Assembly (NCBI GenBank): GCA_963708075.1
Contig: OY970194.1
Coordinates: 4,576,001-4,640,000 of the forward strand
Source of the DNA: Sedimentisphaerales bacterium
Lineage (GTDB): Bacteria > Planctomycetota > Phycisphaerae > Sedimentisphaerales > Anaerobacaceae
Direction of reading: 5' to 3'
Length of the DNA: 64,000 nt
Part shown: in pieces, positions 52,421 to 64,000 of the stretch
How positions within the stretch are numbered: the first letter of the stretch is position 1
Layout: each line of letters starts with the position of its first letter
Notes under the pieces: model-generated
Databases searched by the model: none
Told to the model about the DNA's origin: nothing
Seen by the model: only the letters and a program-made list of their open reading frames with translations
Program-made: the position numbers and the translations under genes

Positions 52421-52463
52421 GTGTCCCTGGGGCAGTGTCTGGAAAATAATCTGGTAGTCGGGC

Positions 52464-52552
52464 CGGGTGGCAGCGTCAAGGCCGTAGGCCTTGGCGATGG
52501 TGGCACCGCATTCCAAGACGCCATCGCCAAGCTGCGCTTGACGCTGCCACCC
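52464..52552. repeat. REP-like palindrome, family A variant
   Basis: GGGTGGCAGCGTCAAG...CTTGACGCTGCCACCC, with a compensatory G>T / C>A change relative to the other copies. Confidence 0.8.
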
Positions 52553-52738
52553 ACAACCTCATGCTTGCTCTGCCACAATCCTGTCGTGCACCTCTGGGGC
52601 AAGGCATGCGCGGCTGATGTTGACCCTGCGGGCCATCTTTGGTAAGATAGAGTGTGGCGGCGACCCTGGTGCTTTGACGGAGGGGGATGTCAGGACAATC
52701 CGCCTGCGGTGAGATTCGCGGGTGACGGAGAAGGTGAA

Positions 52739-55700
52739 ATGGGAATACTCAGGAAGGCTCTGCTGCTTTCGGCCGCGTTGGCTCTTTCTCACGCCGAGTT
52801 TACAAAGGCCCAGGGCCCGGGCGGCAATCCCTCTGTCGTAATCAACGAACTGCTTGCATCGAACACCAAGTCCGCCGCTGACCCGCAGAGCGAGTACGAC
52901 GACTGGATCGAGTTGTACAATGCGGGGAATGCTGCGGTTGATGTCGGGGGCATGTACCTGACGGACGATGCATCGACCCCGACGAAATGGCAGATTCCCA
53001 AAGGAAGAGCCGCTCAGACGACGATTGCGGCGCATGGATTCCTGGTCATCTGGGCCGACAAAGACACCGCCTCCTCGGGCCTGCACGCGGCCTTCTCGCT
53101 GGATGCCGGGGGCGAGGAGCTTACGCTTCTCGGCGCCGACGGCGCTACGGTCATCGACAGCATCAGCTTCGACGAGCAAAGGGCAGACGTCTCCTACGGC
53201 CGGTTCCCCGACGGGACCGACACCTGGATCCTCATGGCCCCTCCCTCGGCCGGGGCCCGGAACATCCGCAGTCAGGAAGGATTCGTGGAGGAGCCGCAGA
53301 TCAGCCCGGGCCACGGTTTCTACGACAGCCCCATCCGTGTGACGATCACCTGCAACACACCCGGCGTCACGATCTGTTACACGCTGGACGGAAGCGAGCC
53401 TTACACGGTCAGCGCGGGTCGCGTGAACCCAACCGCGTCGGTGTATAGCGGTCCCGTGCAAATCGGCCGGACCACGTGCCTGCGAGCGATCGCGATACGC
53501 AATGGCTGGGAACCTTCGCCCATCGAAACACAAACGTACATCTTCCTCGCCGATGTCATCAAGCAGTCCCCCGGCGGCGTGCCGCCCTCGCCCTCCTGGC
53601 CCTCCGGCTCGGTGAACGGACAGGTACTCGACTACGGGATGGACCCCGACATAGTGAACAGCACCGCGTACAGGGACTTGACGGACGACGCCCTGTTGTC
53701 CATCTCGACCGTCTCGCTGGTGACAAACCTGGCCAACCTGTTCGACCCGGCCAAAGGCATCTACGTCCACGCCGGGAGTGAAGGCCGCGACTGGGAGCGT
53801 CCCGTGTCCGTGGAGTTGATCCACCCGGACGGCATCGAGGGATTCCAGATCGACGCGGGCATTCGCATCCGCGGCGCCTTCAGCCGCAGCGGCCAGTATC
53901 CTAAACACTCGTTCCGCCTGTTCTTCCGCGCCGAGTACGGGGCGCCGGCCCTTAAATATCCTCTGTTCGAATCCGAGGGCGCGGATGAATTCGAGAACAT
54001 CGACCTGCGCACCTCGCAGAACTACGCCTGGAGCACCGACAGCTCCAACCCTGGGCAGAAGAACACGTTTATCCGCGAGGAGTTCTGCCGCGACCTCCAG
54101 CGGGAAACCGGCCGGCCCTACACACGAACCCGGTACTATCATCTCTACATCAACGGCCAGTACTGGGGCCTGTACGAGAGCCAGGAGCGCTCGGAGGCGT
54201 CGTATGCAGCCACCTATTTCGGCGGCGAGCCGGACGATTACGATGTCATCATGACCGATAGCTACCGCACGTCTTATACGGACGGCACCATCGACGAATG
54301 GAACCTCTTGTGGAGCTTGTGCCAGCAGGACTTCGAGACAGACGAGCGATACTACGCCGTACAGGGCAAGAGAGCCGACGGCACGGACGACCCGAGTATT
54401 CCCGTGCGCGTCGATCTCGACAACCTCATCGACTACATGATTGGCATCTTCTACACCGGCAACGATGACGCCCCCGTGTCACTCGGCGGCGGCTCGGCAA
54501 ACAACTTCTTCGCCATTCGCAATCGCCGGATCGAAGCACGCGACGGCTGGAAGTTCTTCGCCTACGACAACGAGCACTCGCTGGGTGTCAGGAGCGGCGT
54601 CAACGACGATCGGACCGGCCCCGTCACCGCCGGCCAGACGCGAGAGAACTTCAACCCGCAGTGGCTGCACCAGAAGCTGATGGTCCACCCGGAATACCGG
54701 ATGCACTTCGCCGATCACGCGCACAACCACTTCTTCAACGCCGGCGTGATGACGCCGGAGAAGGCCATCGCCCTGTGCCGGTCGCGCGCCGACGAGCTCG
54801 ACCTGGCCATCATCGGCGAGTCCGCCCGCTGGGGCGACCAGCGGCATGACAGAATCAACAATCCGTACACCAAGGCCGACTGGTGGGCGGAGGTCAACGG
54901 CTACCTGATCGGCACCTTCTTCCCCGCCCGCACACAGATCGTGCTCAATCAGCTCCGCAATCGGGGGCTCTATCCCCAGGTCGCTGCGCCCGTATTTCAG
55001 ATTAACGGGTCCTACCTGCACGGGGGACAGATCGCTTCGTCCGACACCCTCTCGATGACCGGCGGCGGCGTGGTCTGGTACACGCTCGACGGCTCCGACC
55101 CACGAATCCCGGGGGCCACGGGCGCGCCTGCCGACGAGATCAAGCTTGTCGCCGACAGCGCCGCCAAGCGCGTGCTCGTTCCCACCGGCGCGATCAGCGA
55201 CGCCTGGCGCGGCGGGCAAGCCTTCGACGATTCCGCATGGACCGCGGGCACCGGCGGCGTGGGCTTCGAGCGAAGCTCCGGTTACGAGAACCTACTTCCG
55301 CATCGATGTCCAGTCACAGATGTACGGACGCAACGCAACCTGCTACATCCGGATTCCCTTCAACATCTCCGCCACGGACTTCGCCGGCCTCTCCAATCTC
55401 GTGCTAAAGGTCCGCTGTGACGACGGCTTCGTCGCCTACCTCAATGGGACCGAGGTGGCCAGGAAGAACTTCACGGGTAACCCGGCATGGAACTCGGTTG
55501 CCGGCGCCCAGAATCCGGACGCCGATGCCGTCAACTTCGAGGATTTCGATATCACCACGCACATCGGCAAGCTGCGGCAGAATGGAAACATTCTGGCCAT
55601 CCAGGCCATGAACAACACAACCACCAGCTCCGATTTTCTTCTGGCCGTGGAGCTGGTGTCGAGCAAATCACCCGGCGGTGGCGTGCCGAGCGGCGTCTCG

Positions 55701-56306
55701 CTCACGGCCGTACGATATACCCAGCCCGTTGTGCTCAGGCAAAGCGCTCTTGTGAAAGCCCGGGCTCTTGCCGGGACAACGTGGAGCGCCTTGAATGAAG
55801 CGACCTATGCCGTCGGACCCGTCGCCGAATCGCTGCGGATCACCGAGATCATGTACCATCCGCAGGACACCGGCGCGCCGGACGACCCCAACACGGAATA
55901 CATCGAGCTGACCAACATTGGCAGCGCGGCGATCAATCTGAATCTGGTCCGCTTCTGCAATGGCGTCGATTTCACTTCTGCCCCCGTCGACCTCGGCCCC
56001 ACGGAATACCTGCTCGTCGTCAAGGACCGCGACGCCTTCGCCGCCCGCTATGGCCCGGGACTGCCCGTGGCCGGCGAGTATTCCGGCTCGCTGAGCAACG
56101 CCGGCGAGCGAATCGAGATGCAGGATGCTCTCGGCACTGCGATCCAGGCCCTGACGTATGAGGACAACTGGTACGCAGCCACCGACGGCGGAGGCTACTC
56201 CCTGACCGCCCAGGACCCTGCAGGCAGCGACCCCAACGACTGGTCCACCAAGGCCGCCTGGCGCCCCAGCACCGCCCCCGGCGGCTCCCCCGGCCGTGCG
56301 GACTAG
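52739..56306 (+). CDS. Large secreted lamin-tail-domain / CotH kinase-family protein (frameshift near 55290)
   Basis: VVINELLASN..DDWIELYN (LTD), YTLDGSEP, YINGQYWGLY..ER, WKFFAYDNE; second LTD LRITEIMYHP..EYIELTN in ORF 55146..56306. Confidence 0.85.
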
Positions 56307-56442
56307 TGCCGTGTTTCACAAGTCCCACGGCTATAGGGGATAGATTGCCGCGCCTCGCTCGCAGTTACGTACGACGCCTGTTCATGTCATAGCGAGTCAC
56401 TGTGCCACTGCGCGGTTGGTGTCGGGAAGAATTGGATGATTT

Positions 56443-56521
56443 GGGTGCCATGCTTACGCTCGCGTAAGCATGCCTTTCCCATGGAACTGAACATGTCTAC
56501 GCAAGCGTAGACATGGCACCC
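56443..56521. repeat. ~80-bp double-hairpin repeat, family B (second copy)
   Basis: Near-identical to 9606-9684. Confidence 0.85.
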
Positions 56522-56754
56522 GGCATCAGTGATGAATATTCAAGATGTGGCTCTGTTTGCTTCTATCTGTGGTGTACAATCCACCCTGTACGTGCCCGCG
56601 CGGTATTCCGCCAGCACACAACCGGCGATCACGAACAACGAAGGAAAAGTCGAGTGTACGTTGAACCTGCGTCCATCGGTTATAGTACCCGTTGAGAGCC
56701 GGGACTCGACGACCGGCACGCCAAGGGACAGTAGAAGTACAGGTGAGCCCAGAT

Positions 56755-58065
56755 ATGGATGCATTGTTTCTATCACGGCTGCAATTCGCGATCACGCCGT
56801 TCATTCATTTTCTCTTCGTGCCCGTCACCATCGGCCTGGCCCTGATGATCGCCATCATGGAAACCGTCTACGCCCGCACGGGCAACGGCGAGTACCAGCG
56901 TATGGCGAAGTTCTGGGGCAAGCTGTTCTTGATCAACTTCGCCGCCGGCATCGTCACCGGCATCGTCCTGGAGTTTCAGTTCGGGACCAACTGGGCGCGG
57001 TACTCGCAGTACGTGGGTGACATCTTCGGCTCGCTGCTGGCCATCGAAGCGACCGGCTTTTTCTTCCTGGAATCCACCATGATCGGCGTCTGGGTCTTCG
57101 GCTGGACGCGGCTCTCGCCCCGGGCCCACGCCATCGTCATGTGGCTGGTCGCTTTTGCCTCGTGCGGGTCCGCCTTCTGGATCTTGACGGCCAACGCCTG
57201 GATGCAGAATCCGGTCGGATATGAGATCCGCAACGGCCGGGCCGAGCTGGTGGACTTCTGGGCCATCATCCTGAACCCCACCGCGATCTACTCCATCCTG
57301 CACACCGTCAGCGCCTCCATCGCTTTGAGCGCGTTCTTCGTCATGGGCATCTGTGCCTGGCACCTCAAACGCGGCAATGAGACGGCCTTCTTCGGCAAGT
57401 CACTCCGCATTGCCCTCATGCTCGGCACCATCTTCACCCTGGGCGTGATCGGCGCCGGCCATCTCCTGGGCGGCGACATCGCCCAGCATCAGCCGGCCAA
57501 GCTGGCCGCGATGGAGTCGCACTGGAAAACGAGCGCTCCGGCCCCCACCGCGATCTTCGTCTGGCCCGACGAGAAGAACGAGACCAACGCCGTCGAATTC
57601 GGACGGATCCCCGGCTTGCTCAGCTTTCTGGCCTATCAGGACCGCAATCATGAGGTGGTCGGCCTGGCCGACATCCCGAAAGATGAGCGTCCCCCCGTCG
57701 CGATCACGTTCGTCAACTTCCGCCTCATGGTCGCCATCGGCCTTGCGATGCTCGCCCTGCTGGCCCTGACCTGGCTGCGAATCCGAAAGCTGCGACAGAC
57801 CCCAATGCTGTTGAGCGCACTGATCTGGTTTATCCCGCTGCCATTTGTCGCTTGCAACGCAGGCTGGATCATGACCGAGGTCGGCCGACAACCCTGGATC
57901 GTGTACAACGTCATGCGAACCTCAGACGGGCTGACCGAAGGTCTGCGGACCTATCAAGTGGGTTTCTCCCTGATTTCGCTGACCGTTGTAATGACGTTGG
58001 TTGCTGTGGTGACATTTTACCTGGTCGTGCGGCATGCCCGACAGGGACCGGTACGGAAGTTATGA
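56755..58065 (+). CDS. cydA: Cytochrome bd ubiquinol oxidase subunit I
   Basis: LSRLQF..HFLFVP, EFQFGTNW, FFLES, QPAKLAAME, GWIMTEVGRQPW. Confidence 0.96.
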   Translation: MDALFLSRLQFAITPFIHFLFVPVTIGLALMIAIMETVYARTGNGEYQRMAKFWGKLFLINFAAGIVTGIVLEFQFGTNWARYSQYVGDIFGSLLAIEATGFFFLESTMIGVWVFGWTRLSPRAHAIVMWLVAFASCGSAFWILTANAWMQNPVGYEIRNGRAELVDFWAIILNPTAIYSILHTVSASIALSAFFVMGICAWHLKRGNETAFFGKSLRIALMLGTIFTLGVIGAGHLLGGDIAQHQPAKLAAMESHWKTSAPAPTAIFVWPDEKNETNAVEFGRIPGLLSFLAYQDRNHEVVGLADIPKDERPPVAITFVNFRLMVAIGLAMLALLALTWLRIRKLRQTPMLLSALIWFIPLPFVACNAGWIMTEVGRQPWIVYNVMRTSDGLTEGLRTYQVGFSLISLTVVMTLVAVVTFYLVVRHARQGPVRKL

Positions 58066-58146
58066 TTTACGATTTATGATGTATGATTTTTGACTCGGAC
58101 GGCGTTGCCTGCAGAGCCAAAATTACAAATCAGAAATCATAAATCT
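58061..58146. repeat. Heptamer-based inverted low-complexity repeat between cydA and cydB
   Basis: GATTTACGATTTATGAT... / ...AAATCAGAAATCATAAAT. Confidence 0.65.
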
Positions 58147-58160
58147 CACTGGAGCTTACG

Positions 58161-59177
58161 ATGACACTGGTGACTATCTGGTTCTTCCTCTGGACCCTGC
58201 TTTGGGCCATCTACTTCATGACCGACGGCTTCGACCTGGGCGTCGGGGCGATGCTGCCCTTCCTCGGCAGGAATGAGACCGAGAGGCGCATCCTGTACAA
58301 CGCCACCGGCCCGCTGTGGGACGGCAATGAAGTCTGGTTGATCGCCGCAGGCGGCGTGACCTTCGCCGCGTTTCCCAGGACCTACGCCGTCATGTTCAGC
58401 GCCTTCCACGAGGCGATGACCCTGCTGCTGCTGGCCCTGATCCTCCGCGGCCTGTCGTTCGAGTTGCGCAGCAAGGTCGCCTCGGCACGGGCGCACAGTC
58501 TCTGCGACCTGTGCCAATTCCTCGGAAGTGTTCTTGTCGCTGTCCTGCTCGGCGTCACGTTTGCCAATATCTTCCGAGGCCTGCCCCTCGTGAACGGTGT
58601 GCACCAGGGGACCATCCTGACCCTGCTGAATCCCTACGCACTCGCGGGTGGCGCCTTCTTCCTCGTGGTCTTTCTGCTCCACGGCGCCCTATGGCTGGCG
58701 ATCCGCACCGAGGGCGATCTCCACACCAGAGCCGTCCGCGCCGCGGCCGTCCTTTGGCCCCTCGTACTGATCGCGGCCGTTGCCTTCCTGATCTACACCG
58801 GCTTCGCCACCCATCTCTACGACAACTACATCCGCCGGCCGGTCCTCGTTGCCGTTCCCCTGCTGGCCGTCGGCGCACTGGTCGCGGTGAGAGTCTTCCT
58901 CAACAAAGCTCGACCCGGGCGCGCCTGGCTCGCCTCGTCCGCGATGATTGTGGCGATCACCTTCTCCGGCACGATCGGCTTGTACCCGAACATGCTGCCG
59001 TCCCGCATCGACCCGCAGACCAACAGCATCACCGTGTATCAGAGCGCCTCCAGTCCGCTGACGCTCAAGATCATGCTCGGCGTGGTCCTTGTCCTCGTCC
59101 CGATTGTCCTGATCTACCAATTGTGGGCCTATCGCATGTTCAGCAACAAGATCAACGCGTCCCAACTGGTCTACTGA
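58161..59177 (+). CDS. cydB: Cytochrome bd ubiquinol oxidase subunit II
   Basis: DGFDLGVG, GPLWDGNEVWLI, FAAFP, RGLSFELR. Confidence 0.96.
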   Translation: MTLVTIWFFLWTLLWAIYFMTDGFDLGVGAMLPFLGRNETERRILYNATGPLWDGNEVWLIAAGGVTFAAFPRTYAVMFSAFHEAMTLLLLALILRGLSFELRSKVASARAHSLCDLCQFLGSVLVAVLLGVTFANIFRGLPLVNGVHQGTILTLLNPYALAGGAFFLVVFLLHGALWLAIRTEGDLHTRAVRAAAVLWPLVLIAAVAFLIYTGFATHLYDNYIRRPVLVAVPLLAVGALVAVRVFLNKARPGRAWLASSAMIVAITFSGTIGLYPNMLPSRIDPQTNSITVYQSASSPLTLKIMLGVVLVLVPIVLIYQLWAYRMFSNKINASQLVY

Positions 59178-59383
59178 CGATCCCCCAGTCACCGGCAGCC
59201 ACAACTTGTGGGAGGATACGTGGGCAGGTGAGCGAGGGACCGCATCTTCATCATTCATGATTCGTTTCAGGCATCCCATTGCCGCCTCCGTGGCCGCAGT
59301 GGGTATTCAGGACAAGACCCCAGCTCATCACAACGATCCGGCCACGGCACCTCGGTACGGCACGGAGGGCATTCCGGGCGCCA

Positions 59384-60436
59384 TCACCGCGGAGGCGGAA
59401 GCTTGGGGCGGGGCGGCGGCGGGTCATCATCCGGGGTCGGTCCGATGGTATCGATGAAAACGACACCGGAGACGTCGGCGGAGTTGGGATCACTGTTGAG
59501 CACGTCAATGTCGGGATCGTCAGGAAGATACACGTAGCACCTCGCAAGTGCCCGCTCGTTGTGTCCGCCCGCGACGTAGAGTTCTCCCCGGGCACTCGCC
59601 ACGCCCATCCCCCTGGCGGCGTAAGGCAAGGGTTTGCTCGGCCGCCAGGTATTCGTCCGGACATCGAGGATGTCCATGGTCGAGAACCAATCGGTCGTCG
59701 ATGAGCTGACGCCCCCCACGACGTAGATGGAGGACCCGATCAGCTCGGACTCGGCATAGCACCTGGGCGTCGGGATGCCCTCGATGGACAGCCAGGTCCG
59801 GTCCCGGCTGTTGAAAGCCCAGCCATCCTCCGCCGGCACCAGGGCAGGATAGCCGAACAGTGTGTTCGTCCCAGTCAGCAGGTACACCGTCTCACCCGCC
59901 GACGCGGCCAGGTCCCCCAGCGCCCGCGGTTCCGGCATCGAGTACGGTCCCGTCCAGAAATCCATGCTGGTGTTGTACACGAGAATCTCATCGAGAATCT
60001 GGTGATCCGGATTGGCCACGCCGCCGAAGATCCAGATCTCGTCGCCGACGACCGCCGAGCCCATGTCCTCGCGCCCGGAGGGCATGGGGCTGCGCTCCAG
60101 CCATTGGTCTGCCGTCGCGTCATATTCCAGACACTGCGCGTACTTGATTCTGCGGTGGCTGTCATAGCCGCCGACGAGGAAGAGGCGATCCCCTACCGCA
60201 CGCAGGCTCGGGCTCTGGATCGCCAGCGACATCGGCGCCACGGGCTCCCAGGACCCGGCCAGCAGATCGTAGGCGAAACCCGTGTTCGTCTCGTTGCCGT
60301 CGCAAATGCCGCCGATGGCGTAGAGACGGTCGCCCACCGCTTCGAAGCCATGCTGCTCCTTGGCCTGCGGCATGTCCGGCAGTCGCTGCCACACGGACGC
60401 CGCCAGAAGTGTGGATAGAATTGTGGCCAGGATCAT
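59384..60436 (-). CDS. Secreted Kelch-repeat protein
   Basis: Six LY/IxxGG...YD...W blades; Pro-rich tail. Confidence 0.85.
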   Translation of the reverse strand: MILATILSTLLAASVWQRLPDMPQAKEQHGFEAVGDRLYAIGGICDGNETNTGFAYDLLAGSWEPVAPMSLAIQSPSLRAVGDRLFLVGGYDSHRRIKYAQCLEYDATADQWLERSPMPSGREDMGSAVVGDEIWIFGGVANPDHQILDEILVYNTSMDFWTGPYSMPEPRALGDLAASAGETVYLLTGTNTLFGYPALVPAEDGWAFNSRDRTWLSIEGIPTPRCYAESELIGSSIYVVGGVSSSTTDWFSTMDILDVRTNTWRPSKPLPYAARGMGVASARGELYVAGGHNERALARCYVYLPDDPDIDVLNSDPNSADVSGVVFIDTIGPTPDDDPPPPRPKLPPPR

Positions 60437-60826
60437 CGGTCACCTTGCGCAGAGAGAGCCCACCTTCACACAAGTATGCACATGGATGTACTGAGAGCCG
60501 TACCGCACCCGGCACCGCAGACGCCATTCGGCGCAGAATCACCGCGACCCTGCAGCACGCCCGCACCCCGAGCGCGTTCCCACGATCACCTGCCGTCCCT
60601 GGGGATTTTGAAGACAAGAACCAGAACTACCCATGCTCCTTCCTGAAGCACAACTATTCTACCCCGCCGCCGTGCGTTCGTCAAGTGACACGCGCAAAAA
60701 ATTGCGATCGCCAAACGCGCCACTGTGCGACTACATTGCGTGGCGAAACGGGCCTTCTCTGTCATCCCGAGCGAAGTCGAGGGATCTTATTAGGGGATCT
60801 TATTTATTAGGATCTATTTATTACTA

Positions 60827-61603
60827 GGGACAGTCACCTATTTATTTCTTGACACGGGGTCTGATTGGACTGTAGAGTAGTTTCATGCCCAGATTGGCCA
60901 GAGCCATTGCGGTCGGATGTGCCCATCACATCACTCAACGCGGCAACAACCGCCAGGACGTGTTCCTTGTGGACCAGGACCACCAAGCGTATCTGCAGAT
61001 TCTCGCCGAGCAAGCGAGCAAGTATGGCCTGGAGGTGCTGGGCTACTGCCTGATGACCAACCATGTGCATTTGGTGGCGATCCCGCATGAGGAGGATTCA
61101 CTCGCCAAAGGGATCGGCGGGACCCACTTTCGCTACAGCCAGTACATCAACCGCCTGCACAAGCGAAGCGGCCATTTATGGCAGGGACGCTTCTACTCCT
61201 GTGCCCTCGACGAGCGGCACCTGTGGCTGGCGATGAAGTACATGGAGCTCAATCCCGTGCGGGCGAGGCTGTGTCGGGTGGCGTGGCGGTACGACTGGTC
61301 CAGTGCGGCGGCCCACACGGATGAGAAGGCTCAATCCGACCTGCTGAACCTGCGGTGGTGGTATGAGCAGTTCTCCGCCCGGGCATGGCGCAAGGAACTG
61401 GGCGAGGGGCTGAGCAAGGAGGAAGTCGCCCGGATTCGGCTGCGGACCCAGACGGGCCGGCCGCTGGGCAGTGACGGATTCCTGAGCAAGCTGGAAACGC
61501 TGCTGGGCCGGCGGGTCCGGCCGTTGCCCGTGGGTCGGCCACGAAAGGGCCAGGGGGATGACCATAAGGCACGCAGAGGCAAGGCAAAATAGGTGACTGT
61601 CCC
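60827..61603 (+). mobile_element. Y1/RAYT-like transposase element 2 with perfect 17-bp inverted ends
   Basis: GGGACAGTCACCTATTT (60827-60843) and AAATAGGTGACTGTCCC (61587-61603). Confidence 0.78.
60885..61592 (+). CDS. HUH Y1 transposase (IS200-like / RAYT)
   Basis: HHITQRGNNRQDVF, YCLMTNHVHL, YMELNPVRA, WSSA; paralogue of 36359..37066. Confidence 0.92.
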   Translation: MPRLARAIAVGCAHHITQRGNNRQDVFLVDQDHQAYLQILAEQASKYGLEVLGYCLMTNHVHLVAIPHEEDSLAKGIGGTHFRYSQYINRLHKRSGHLWQGRFYSCALDERHLWLAMKYMELNPVRARLCRVAWRYDWSSAAAHTDEKAQSDLLNLRWWYEQFSARAWRKELGEGLSKEEVARIRLRTQTGRPLGSDGFLSKLETLLGRRVRPLPVGRPRKGQGDDHKARRGKAK

Positions 61604-61618
61604 CAATAAAAAGGGGTC

Positions 61619-62464
61619 GTGGCGATGAAATCAAACAGCGGATTTACACTCATTGAGTTGTTAGTGGTCATTGCGATTATTGCGCTGCTGATGGCGATCC
61701 TCATGCCGGCGTTGAACGTCGCCAAACAACAGGCGGGTTCTTCCGCTTGCCTGATGAATGAAAAGCAGTTGGTTCTGGCCTGGCTGATGTATGCCGAGGG
61801 CAACGACTATATCATGTGCGGCCCGATGACGAGCAATCCCGCCAGTCCCAGGTTTGACTGGGTCGGGTTGCCCAGGGACCTTGTATCCGGCGCTGTGAAG
61901 ACCTCCAACTTTACCGCGGAAGAGGAAATTCGCGGGATTGAAGCGGGCACCTTGTTTCCGTATTACAAAGACGCGAAACTGATGAATTGTCCGACCGACA
62001 AGCGTTCTGCAAGAGCTCCGACGTACCCCGGATATGGAGGCACCGGAGGCTACCGAACGTACTCGCTGCCCTATCATCTGAACGCACCGGCGGACCAACT
62101 GACCACCCGGTACGGAGCCGCAGCGGGCACCGACCGTATTGTCAGGATAACGCAGTTGAAGAATCCGGGCTCGACGTACATCATTGTCGAAGAAAATGAC
62201 AATCGGGACTATAACATGGATGCGTGGGCGTTTGACCCGTACAAGTTCATCCTGATCGACACCATCGCTGTTTTTCACAACAATGTGACCATGTTTGGTT
62301 ATGGCGACGGCCATTCGGAGAGAAAGACCTGGGATGATCCGCGAACCCAGCGATGGTCCAATGAAATACGGGATGGGACCCGCTATCCGGATATGACCGG
62401 ACTGAGCGACCCCGAGAATGTCGACATCCGCTGGCTGGCAGCGCATTATCCCCGAAAGTACTGA
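61619..62464 (+). CDS. Prepilin-type N-terminal cleavage/methylation protein with H-X9-DG motif (DUF1559-like)
   Basis: [41 protein letters not shown]. Confidence 0.9.
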   Translation: MAMKSNSGFTLIELLVVIAIIALLMAILMPALNVAKQQAGSSACLMNEKQLVLAWLMYAEGNDYIMCGPMTSNPASPRFDWVGLPRDLVSGAVKTSNFTAEEEIRGIEAGTLFPYYKDAKLMNCPTDKRSARAPTYPGYGGTGGYRTYSLPYHLNAPADQLTTRYGAAAGTDRIVRITQLKNPGSTYIIVEENDNRDYNMDAWAFDPYKFILIDTIAVFHNNVTMFGYGDGHSERKTWDDPRTQRWSNEIRDGTRYPDMTGLSDPENVDIRWLAAHYPRKY

Positions 62465-62559
62465 CATCCCCCGGTCTCGCCTCCCTGGGCGGCGGCATTC
62501 ACACGCAAGAATTCCGGGGATATCTTGAATTCCGGATGGGATGAGCAACCGTTGGAGGC

Positions 62560-63684
62560 ATGCATGCCTTGTCAAGGACAGATCGGAGCGAAAGCCGTCA
62601 TCGAGAGGATGATGTCTTGAAAGAGAGAACCATGTCAAGACCGGCTGCTTTCGGCATCGTGCTGACTCGTCCATACTGCCTGGCGATGCTTGCGGGATTC
62701 GTCCTGCTGGTTCTGATCGGGCTGACGAATCTGCCGCTGCCGCCCGAGCAAATCCACCCGGGCAGCACCAGCAGCGATGCGGTGCTATGGCAGAACGTCA
62801 TTGACCGCATGAGGGCCGGGGGCGGCTACTACGACTCGATGGAACTGGCATTGCGGACGCTGGGCTACAGGCTGAAACCGTTTGTGAACTTCCGGCCCCC
62901 GGCCCTGGCAAGTTTCGCCGCACTTTTCCCGACCAATACAGGACCACAGATCTTCCTGACGGCCCTGTCGTTGGCCGTATTCGTCGCCTGGACCCTGCGA
63001 ATGCGGTCGTGGGGGACCCTGCTGGCCGCAGTAGCTTTGCTGACGTTTCCCATCGTGTACTGCCTGACTCCACAAGGCGTCGTGTACCACGATACATGGG
63101 TCGGCCTGCTGATCGCTCTGGCCCTGGCCGTGCACCCGAGACACTGGCGGATCAGCCTTGTGTGTGGCGTGCTCGCTCTGGCGATTCGCGAACACGCGGT
63201 AGTATTCGCCGGGGTCATGTTCCTGTGTTCATGGCGCAATCGGCGCGAGTGCATCGCATGGGCAGTGGCAATCGTTGGGTTCGCCGTTTACCTGGGGATT
63301 CACGCTTGGCTTGTGAGCGGTCACGTACGGCCGGACGATCTCGCGAAGTCATGGACGGCGTTTGGCGGGTGGTCGTTCGTGGTGAGTACCGCCCAATGCA
63401 CGTGGCTGACGATCTTCCTGCCCCCGTGGGTGTCTGCTATCGTGCTTCCTCTGGCCCTGCTGGGACTGGCCGCGCTGGACGACTACCGGCCTCTGGCCGT
63501 GGTGGGCGGGTACATCGGTGCGTTTCTGCTCGTGGGCAACCCCGACAACTGGTACTGGGGCCTGTTGTACGCGCCGCTGCTGGCCGTAGGCATAGCTGCC
63601 GGGATTCCCGCCTTGTGGGCGATGCTGAGAGATATTGTGCGGAGAAGTCCCATCACCAGTTCCCGCACAGAGCCTGTGCCTTAG
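62560..63684 (+). CDS. Polytopic membrane protein (GT-C-like pattern; start may be 62632)
   Basis: About 9-10 TM segments; PFVNFRPP, ALAIRE, NWYWG. Confidence 0.6.
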   Translation: MHALSRTDRSESRHREDDVLKERTMSRPAAFGIVLTRPYCLAMLAGFVLLVLIGLTNLPLPPEQIHPGSTSSDAVLWQNVIDRMRAGGGYYDSMELALRTLGYRLKPFVNFRPPALASFAALFPTNTGPQIFLTALSLAVFVAWTLRMRSWGTLLAAVALLTFPIVYCLTPQGVVYHDTWVGLLIALALAVHPRHWRISLVCGVLALAIREHAVVFAGVMFLCSWRNRRECIAWAVAIVGFAVYLGIHAWLVSGHVRPDDLAKSWTAFGGWSFVVSTAQCTWLTIFLPPWVSAIVLPLALLGLAALDDYRPLAVVGGYIGAFLLVGNPDNWYWGLLYAPLLAVGIAAGIPALWAMLRDIVRRSPITSSRTEPVP

Positions 63685-64000
63685 TCTTGTCCCGGCCACA
63701 TGTCGTGGTAGCTGACCAACTGGATGTTGCGTCGTTTGATGACCTCTTTGACCTTGGGGCTGGTGAAGGACCTGGTCACGCCGTCGCGGTGCGAGGCGAC
63801 CTCCCAGTAGCCCTTGTGTCCCATCGCCTGCATCTCCGGCGTGTCGAGCCCGGGGTGCTCGATCACAATCCAGGTGCCCGGCCCGAGCCCCTCCAATGCC
63901 TTGACCAGTGCGGCCTCGCGCTGCTCGGCGCTCGCCTTGGCATCTGCCTGCCACGACACGTACTTCGCCCCAGGCGTCTCAATCGGCAGCTTGTACTCCT
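63681..64000 (-). CDS. ChbG/YdjC-family deacetylase, C-terminal part
   Basis: LEGLGPGTWIVIEHPG..VKEVIKRRNIQLVSY; 5' end outside the window. Confidence 0.7.
   Translation of the reverse strand, partial: EYKLPIETPGAKYVSWQADAKASAEQREAALVKALEGLGPGTWIVIEHPGLDTPEMQAMGHKGYWEVASHRDGVTRSFTSPKVKEVIKRRNIQLVSYHDMWPGQD

Overview
High-GC bacterial chromosomal window, most likely from a planctomycete of the Phycisphaerae/Sedimentisphaerales type. This is inferred from the prepilin/H-X9-DG proteins, PQQ-like propeller, CotH/lamin-tail protein and 'DPN/EPN' motifs. In order it contains: the end of a Wzx/Wzc/Wza exopolysaccharide cluster with a solo LuxR; dnaA with an adjacent DnaA-box cluster (candidate oriC); an HtrA/PDZ operon; hsp20; an OmpA/MotB-like gene; a surface/secretion module (EF-hand/dockerin-like protein, C39 peptidase fusion, prepilin-like protein, ECF sigma with a 4-zinc-finger anti-sigma, PEP-CTERM-like proteins); a KaiC-like ATPase plus histidine kinase; IS30; a BrnT toxin-antitoxin pair; tandem ilvB-ilvB-ilvN; an ATPase/DUF4276 pair; sialidase; a Dus-family gene; a CotH-family protein; cydAB; and a Kelch protein. 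Two HNH-AP2 endonuclease paralogues, two Y1 (RAYT-like) transposases and many palindromic REP-like repeats are scattered through it. Many genes carry single-base frameshifts, most likely long-read indel errors. Best novelty candidates: (1) a secreted C39 peptidase apparently fused in cis to its own double-glycine leader and a 78-aa Cys/aromatic-rich core; (2) a signal-peptide + sorting-signal-like + C-terminal RGPP leader ORF upstream of PEP-CTERM-like genes, possibly a ribosome-arrest sensor; (3) a shared structured 5' leader on both ilvB copies. Family names come from motif recognition only; no database searches were run.
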